A stretch of DNA of 59,828 nucleotides, the filler included, from Platydemus manokwari (Eukaryota), in NCBI GenBank assembly GCA_037951405.1. It is 5 parts of 5 records of this genome, joined end to end, with 100 filler letters (N's around TTAATTAATTAA, not from the genome) between each part and the next. Parts side by side here need not be neighbours in the genome. Positions count along the whole stretch, not along the records: positions 50,562 to 59,828 come from JBBMOY011274539.1; 4 more parts are not named here. One strand, given 5' to 3'. The notes under the pieces were generated by a model. It was not told the DNA's origin. It did not search any database and worked only from the letters and a program-made list of their open reading frames with translations. The translations under genes and the position numbers were made by a program. Of the stretch, positions 54,578 through 59,828 are shown one piece after another. Each line of letters starts with the position of its first letter. The stretch's first letter is position 1.

Positions 54578-56233
54578 ATGGATCAACAAATATTTATCAA
54601 CCTGTGGAACCTTATGAGAGAATATGATTTAGAAATTGTTGATGAATTCGATGATAATTACAAATGTTTAATTTGTAAAAATATATTGATTAATGCGAGT
54701 AATGCTCCTTGTGGGTGCAGATTCTGCAATGAATGTATAAAGGAGTTTTTAAGAGAAGGTAAACGAAAATGCCCGGGACAATCAAAGTTGTGTAGCGAAT
54801 TGGTAATATATATTGACACAGATATTTTGCCAAATCGAGCTATTAATATTCGAATATCAGAATTATCAGTAAAATGTCCAAATATTGACTGCCAATCAGA
54901 AATCAAGTTAAAAATGTTAGAAAATCACTTGACAAGATGTGGGAACAAGCAACAGAGTTGTCCCTATTCCAATATTGGATGTGGGGAAAATACATTACCA
55001 AATAATAAAGTGGACGATCACATCATAAAAGAGATTTCTTCTCACAGTAAATTATTGATCAATTGGATGAATAATTTTGGAAACGAGATAGAATCAATGA
55101 AGATTGAAAATAAACAATTAAAACAACAGATCGGGATCTATAAAGACAAAACGGAAGTGAAATATCAGTATTTATCAATTATATATTTTTGATTGAAAAA
55201 TATTTCAGACAATGATTCAAGAGTTACTGAATAAAGAAAGGAAAAGGCTTAAAGAAATCGAATTATTAAATGAAGAAATGTGCGCGATTAAAGTAGAAAA
55301 TAGATCCATAAAAAGTGAAATGAAAGCACTGAAAGATGACCAGATGCAACAAGTGAGTTATTAAATATTGATTTATCTGTTGATCTTTTGTATTCAGAAT
55401 CTCACTGTCAAAACAAGATTCGAAAGTCAAACTCGAGAAATGAATCAATTGAGATCTTTAATCGAACTTCAACAAAAAGAAATCAACAAACTCAAACAGC
55501 AATGTTTATTGAGCGATTCTAGAAACGATAAAACTCCCTATCAACGGGAAAGGAATGAGGTTAATTTAAGTGTACAAAAAACATGTATAAATGCTTTAAA
55601 TGCCATTAGGTTGAATTTGATGAGATATCACAGGCTAATATTGATTCAGAAACTAAAACAATCGATATGATTCAATCGATTGAAAATGTCAAAACAATTA
55701 TAAAGAAAACAGCAGAAAAAATAAACGATTTGCAAGAAAATATCTCAAACTCGTGCGACTATGTATGGCAAATCAATAATTGGACTGAAAAACTCGACCA
55801 GATACAGCATAGTAAAGATGATGGAATATTGCTCTATAGCGATGAATTTTTGTCTCATTCAAGAGGTTACAAAATTCGTCTCGTTTTGTGGATTTATCGA
55901 TCAGGTGAATATATGGATTTCTTATTCTACATTTTGAAAGGTGAATTTGATGATATTCTCGAGTGGCCATTTGATCGGGATGTCAAGCTGGCCTTAATAA
56001 ATCAGCAAACTGGACTCGCCTTCAAAATATGGACGAGAAAATGTTCCGAATGTCCAAATGATGAGGCATTAAAAAAGCCAAAAAGTGATAAAAATAAACC
56101 ATTTTGGTTTGGTTATCCCGCTATATCAGTTACGCAAATAATCTCCAATCCAGCGCTGACAGAAAACAACCAAATATTGATAAAATTCAACAGCTTTGCA
56201 AAACAGCTCAGATTACCACCACTCGATCAATGA
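54578..56233 (+). CDS. TNF receptor-associated factor (TRAF)-like: RING, TRAF zinc finger, coiled coil, MATH; about 502 aa, 4 coding exons
   Basis: Exons 54578-55156, 55209-55352, 55398-55559, 55610-56233 (phase-0 introns of 45-52 nt), plus a 5'UTR intron 54466-54560. RING: CLICKNIL..APCGCRFCNECI..KCPG. Zinc finger: VKCPNIDC...LENHLTRC..CPY..GC. MATH: YVWQINNW..LYSDEF....GYKIRLVL..ILKGEFDDILEWPF..VKLALINQ. Confidence 0.93.
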
Positions 56234-56599
56234 GAAAATCGACTAACTATTTATCGCAACACTACAGAAAACTTGATATTTTAAAATAGATTTTTATTGA
56301 TTATTATTTTGTTGCTATTTATATAAAACAAATTTTGTAATTCCATATTGACAGATTTACTGAAAATAAATAGTAAATATTAAAATCAATAATTTCACTT
56401 CTGTGTGGATCATTATTTGCATTGAATTTCACAATTTTCATTCATTAGAAGGACCTCAAAACTAGATTAGAAAGTCTTTTGATCTCAAATTTAATTTTGA
56501 AATTGTTTTCAGTACTTAGAACAAGACCAATCAATAAATAACCATTTTAAAAAATCACCTCATTCAGATTTATCAACAAAATATTTTCATCCCATAATA

Positions 56600-57900
56600 A
56601 ATCTTGATAAGCACACATTAAATGATAAATCACAAGTTATAAACAGGACCACAGGAGGTCATTTTCACTCATTTGATTTCCTTGAATGAGAAACGGCTAA
56701 AAATTTAATTTAGAATAGTCTGAGGTACTTCAATTCCGAGTCTTAAAGATCAATAAAGTAAATTTTCTTTAATTTTGCTAAACTTTCCTGGCAACAGACA
56801 CTCTCTCATTGAAAATGAGGTATCCACAACTTCGATAACATTTAGAATTTATAGGGTATCCTTTCTCATCAGATGAAACATGGAGATCCTAATTGTCTGA
56901 GTTGAATAGTGAGGACATATAAAATGTGAAGTTCATTATGTCTGATCAGTAGCTTTTCATGATATTAGACGAATTAAAAGTTTGCATAAAATTCATGAAT
57001 GCTGAGATAGATATTTTGTGTATATTGCAAATCAATCAAAAGGGTCACAAGAACGAAGAAAAGAATCCTAAAAAGGTTCAGTGCACATATTCCCGATAAA
57101 CACGCGTTCCGTAAGCCAGTCAGATTAATTGTAATATTAATCCATATTTAGAAGGTAAGAATTGACAGGCACATACCTACAAACGGCAGCAAGCTCAAAT
57201 TGAACGAGTGATACGAGGAAAATCTCGAGTAAATGGATCCACGAACAAATTCAGCAAATGGAAAACGAAGATTCGTGACATCAAGCAGACACACCTGATA
57301 AATCTATAAAAGAGGTTGAGTTCCATGAATATCTGCCCGTAATTTTTGGTCGGTAACTTGAGTGTTAAGCTTAGCGTTGTGTGATTTTTAGTAATCAGTT
57401 TTTTGACTACTTTCGTACTCTGATCCAGACTTGAGTGATTTACTTTGTGAATTATGAAAAGATTTACTGTTGTTATTGAGAATTTGATTGTAATATTTTG
57501 GTTAATGCAATTATCAGATCTAAATTGTTGATTGATAACCCAACAGATACTATTCAGAATCCACACAAATCAAAAATTTTGGAATGTCTAGTACTTGCTG
57601 GCTCTGAAAGCTGTTCATGACTCGATATCATCTCTTGGTTGTCCACTTGAAGATTTCTATCTCTTGATAATAAATGCGAGAAATTGCATGATCTTTTCCA
57701 AAGACTACACATGTTGTATTCACATCTGTTCTACATTAACTGCTTGGGCTCGTCAGCTGCACAGTACGAGCGCTCTTTATGTTCATATGAACAATCTCGC
57801 TTCCCAGATAAAAGCTGTTGCAATAAAAAACAAATCTTGCCAATGACTTTTTGATGCAATTGGACGGAACCACCAGCTCCTATTCTCACTTTATGGATTA
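56600..57900 (-). mobile_element. Decayed LINE apurinic endonuclease (APE) region
   Basis: GSEIVHMNIKSAR about 57800-57765 (APE N-terminal 'I.H.NI.S' motif), RVFIGN about 57095 (IIxGDFN-like) and SSD(E) about 56870 (SDH-like). Broken frames. Confidence 0.5.
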
Positions 57901-58889
57901 CTTGGCTTGAAGCAGCATTATAAAACGCTCGGAATCTGCATCAAGTGAGACAAATTATTGTAGAAATTGAGTGTGGTGTATTGGTGACGCGTTTGAAGGA
58001 AAATGTTAAAAAATGAGTCATTGGTTCGAGATCACCTTGATATACATTCAAATTTTCACTCTTGTAATTGATTTGAAGAGTCAAGTATAAATTATTTAAC
58101 AAGCTATTAACCCATGTGACAATGATACCTATATGGAGAAAGGATTAAATCTTAACGAAATAATGTCGACTGCTAATTGCAACCATCAAGAAATTTCTTC
58201 TTTGGTGTACAGCTAACAAGTATTAAATAAAATTCGGAAATAATGAGAGCATGACCTTAAAAAGCGAAAATAAGTGGTTTGACAGTTATAAACAGATATT
58301 CACTTCAATTCGTACAAAGTTCATCTGAAGCATGATAAAACTGTGTTCATTAAACAGCTGATTGTTAAAATAGACTCATATGCTTTGTAAATATTTTTTC
58401 AAAAATTATTTATTGATTTACTGTTATAATTTTATAGAGAATTATCAAGTAATTTAAAGCAAATTAAAGTAATTTAAAGAAAATAATAAGAAAAAAATGA
58501 AAAAAATGAATGTTAAACATTAGAGAAAATTGAGCTAAAAAATCATTTGATATAAAATATTAAAAATATTAAGTTGTTGGAAATGCATGACTTATGAATC
58601 TTCCATCATTTAATATTTTTCAGTTCCAACAAATGTGATGACAAAAAACTGTGAAGACTTCGGAATCAACCAGGCAACGAACATAGTATGTCATTCCGTT
58701 ATTAAACCAATAGATGAACGAATATTTTTACTTCTTTCTTTTATATGCGAACAAGTGGAGTATTCCAATTTGAGCTGCAAATAATCATTATATTATTTTT
58801 CCAAAAATATCTTTCTATATTTCCTCCTTAATATACCGGTTCCTTTCAAGTTCCTTTCATCTTTGTTGGTTTAACATTTGTTAATTAAT

Positions 58890-58938
58890 ATTTGTTCTGA
58901 AAAGTGGGCGGTAGGCCCGAAAAATTTGGGAATTACTG
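58890..58938 (+). mobile_element. hAT/Buster 3' terminus related to the 14569-15325 element
   Basis: TTCTGAAAAGTGGGCGGTAGGCCCGAAAAATTTGGGAATTACTG resembles 15282-15325 (TTCTGAAAAGGGTACGGTAATGCCGAAAAGATTGGGAATCACGG). It is followed by ATTTAGAT (central TA). The left end was not found. Confidence 0.65.
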
Positions 58939-59828
58939 ATTTAGATGCTAAAATTTAAAATATTATTAAAACTGGAAATAAAAATTATATTAAAAATATT
59001 TACTCAGAAAAATTTATGAAGATTGTGACAAGTTAGTCATTAGAGTCAGTTTTTATTTTTTAATTAAATATCTTCTTAAATAAAAGTTAAATTGTTTATT
59101 CATATTAATTTTTCAACGGATATAAATTAATTAATGCAAACTTTGGCTAAAGTTAAAAAATATGGTCCTAAAACAAAATTTTAAAATTGTGGAATGTATA
59201 GCAAAAATCTATATAGATTATATAATTAAATTGTTTAATAACATTTTAAATTTTTTATTTAAGTACTTGAGAAAGACTTTAGTTTTTTAGATTAAAATAA
59301 TATACGCACATGATTTTTAAAATCTTCTAAAAATTAATTATTTGAAAAACGGGTCAAAGTGGATCAAAATGCAATTAATTGAAAATTAGCGAGAACCCCT
59401 TCTTTTAACATTAGAAGCAATTGAAATGATATCTAAGATTTTTAGAGTTATTTTATAAAAAGTGACTTAAAAATTATTGAGATGTGCCAGGAACAAGATA
59501 TTTGTGTTTTCTTTCAAAATAAGTATATTAACATCTATTTAATAGATTGGATACATAGATCCCAAACCTGTCCATGTTGTAATGAAATGAAGGTTTGATC
59601 CAAATCAAATAAATCGTACAGATGAAGATGCCACAAATATATAAGTTTCGGCATTCAAATAAGGACTTGATTCAGCAATTCAGCCTTGTCTCTTTTCTGA
59701 ATAAAGTATTTTTGGTGCACGGAGCTCACACAAAAAAATATATTTACAAAATTGTTGGGATAGTATGGAGCGTCTTGTGCTCTATTCAGATAGTGAAGAG
59801 AGCGAAGACGAGAAAATCCCATATTCCA

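Noticed and set aside
59765-59828. MERLVLYSDSEESEDEK.. acidic ORF start at the window end
   Set aside because: Too short and truncated to assign. It could be a transposase N-terminus.
1-59828. CRISPR arrays, operons, bacterial defence systems, intact tRNA or rRNA genes, hammerhead ribozymes
   Set aside because: The sequence is spliced eukaryotic DNA. No repeat-spacer array, full cloverleaf or complete CUGAnGA/GAAA hammerhead core with stems was found by eye.

Overview
AT-rich (roughly 70-75% by eye) eukaryotic nuclear DNA with GT-AG introns, made of five unrelated contigs joined by four artificial 100-bp linkers (44N-TTAATTAATTAA-44N), so no synteny holds across them. Very short (41-60 nt) introns, ATT microsatellites and a divergent TRAF suggest an invertebrate, possibly a planarian flatworm (inference only). 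Six host genes could be spliced by hand with consistent phases: a JIP3/JIP4 (UNC-16/Sunday driver)-like adaptor that appears to stop after RH2, FAM91A1, coatomer epsilon, a 25-aa ribosomal protein eL41 missed by the ORF track, PEX11 and a TRAF. The rest is largely decayed mobile DNA: Tc1/mariner, hAT-Buster with a perfect 8-bp TSD, several LINEs, Ty3/Gypsy and a TRIM-like mini-LTR family with a tRNA primer-binding site. Virus-like fossils also occur: a Polinton/Maverick penton plus adenain protease pair, and a tryptophan-repeat gene fragment. I see no intact novel multi-gene system. The best leads are the WD40-less JIP, the viral fossils around it, the TRIM-like family and a TRAF copy possibly sitting inside a split LINE. 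All family assignments come from remembered motifs, not database searches.
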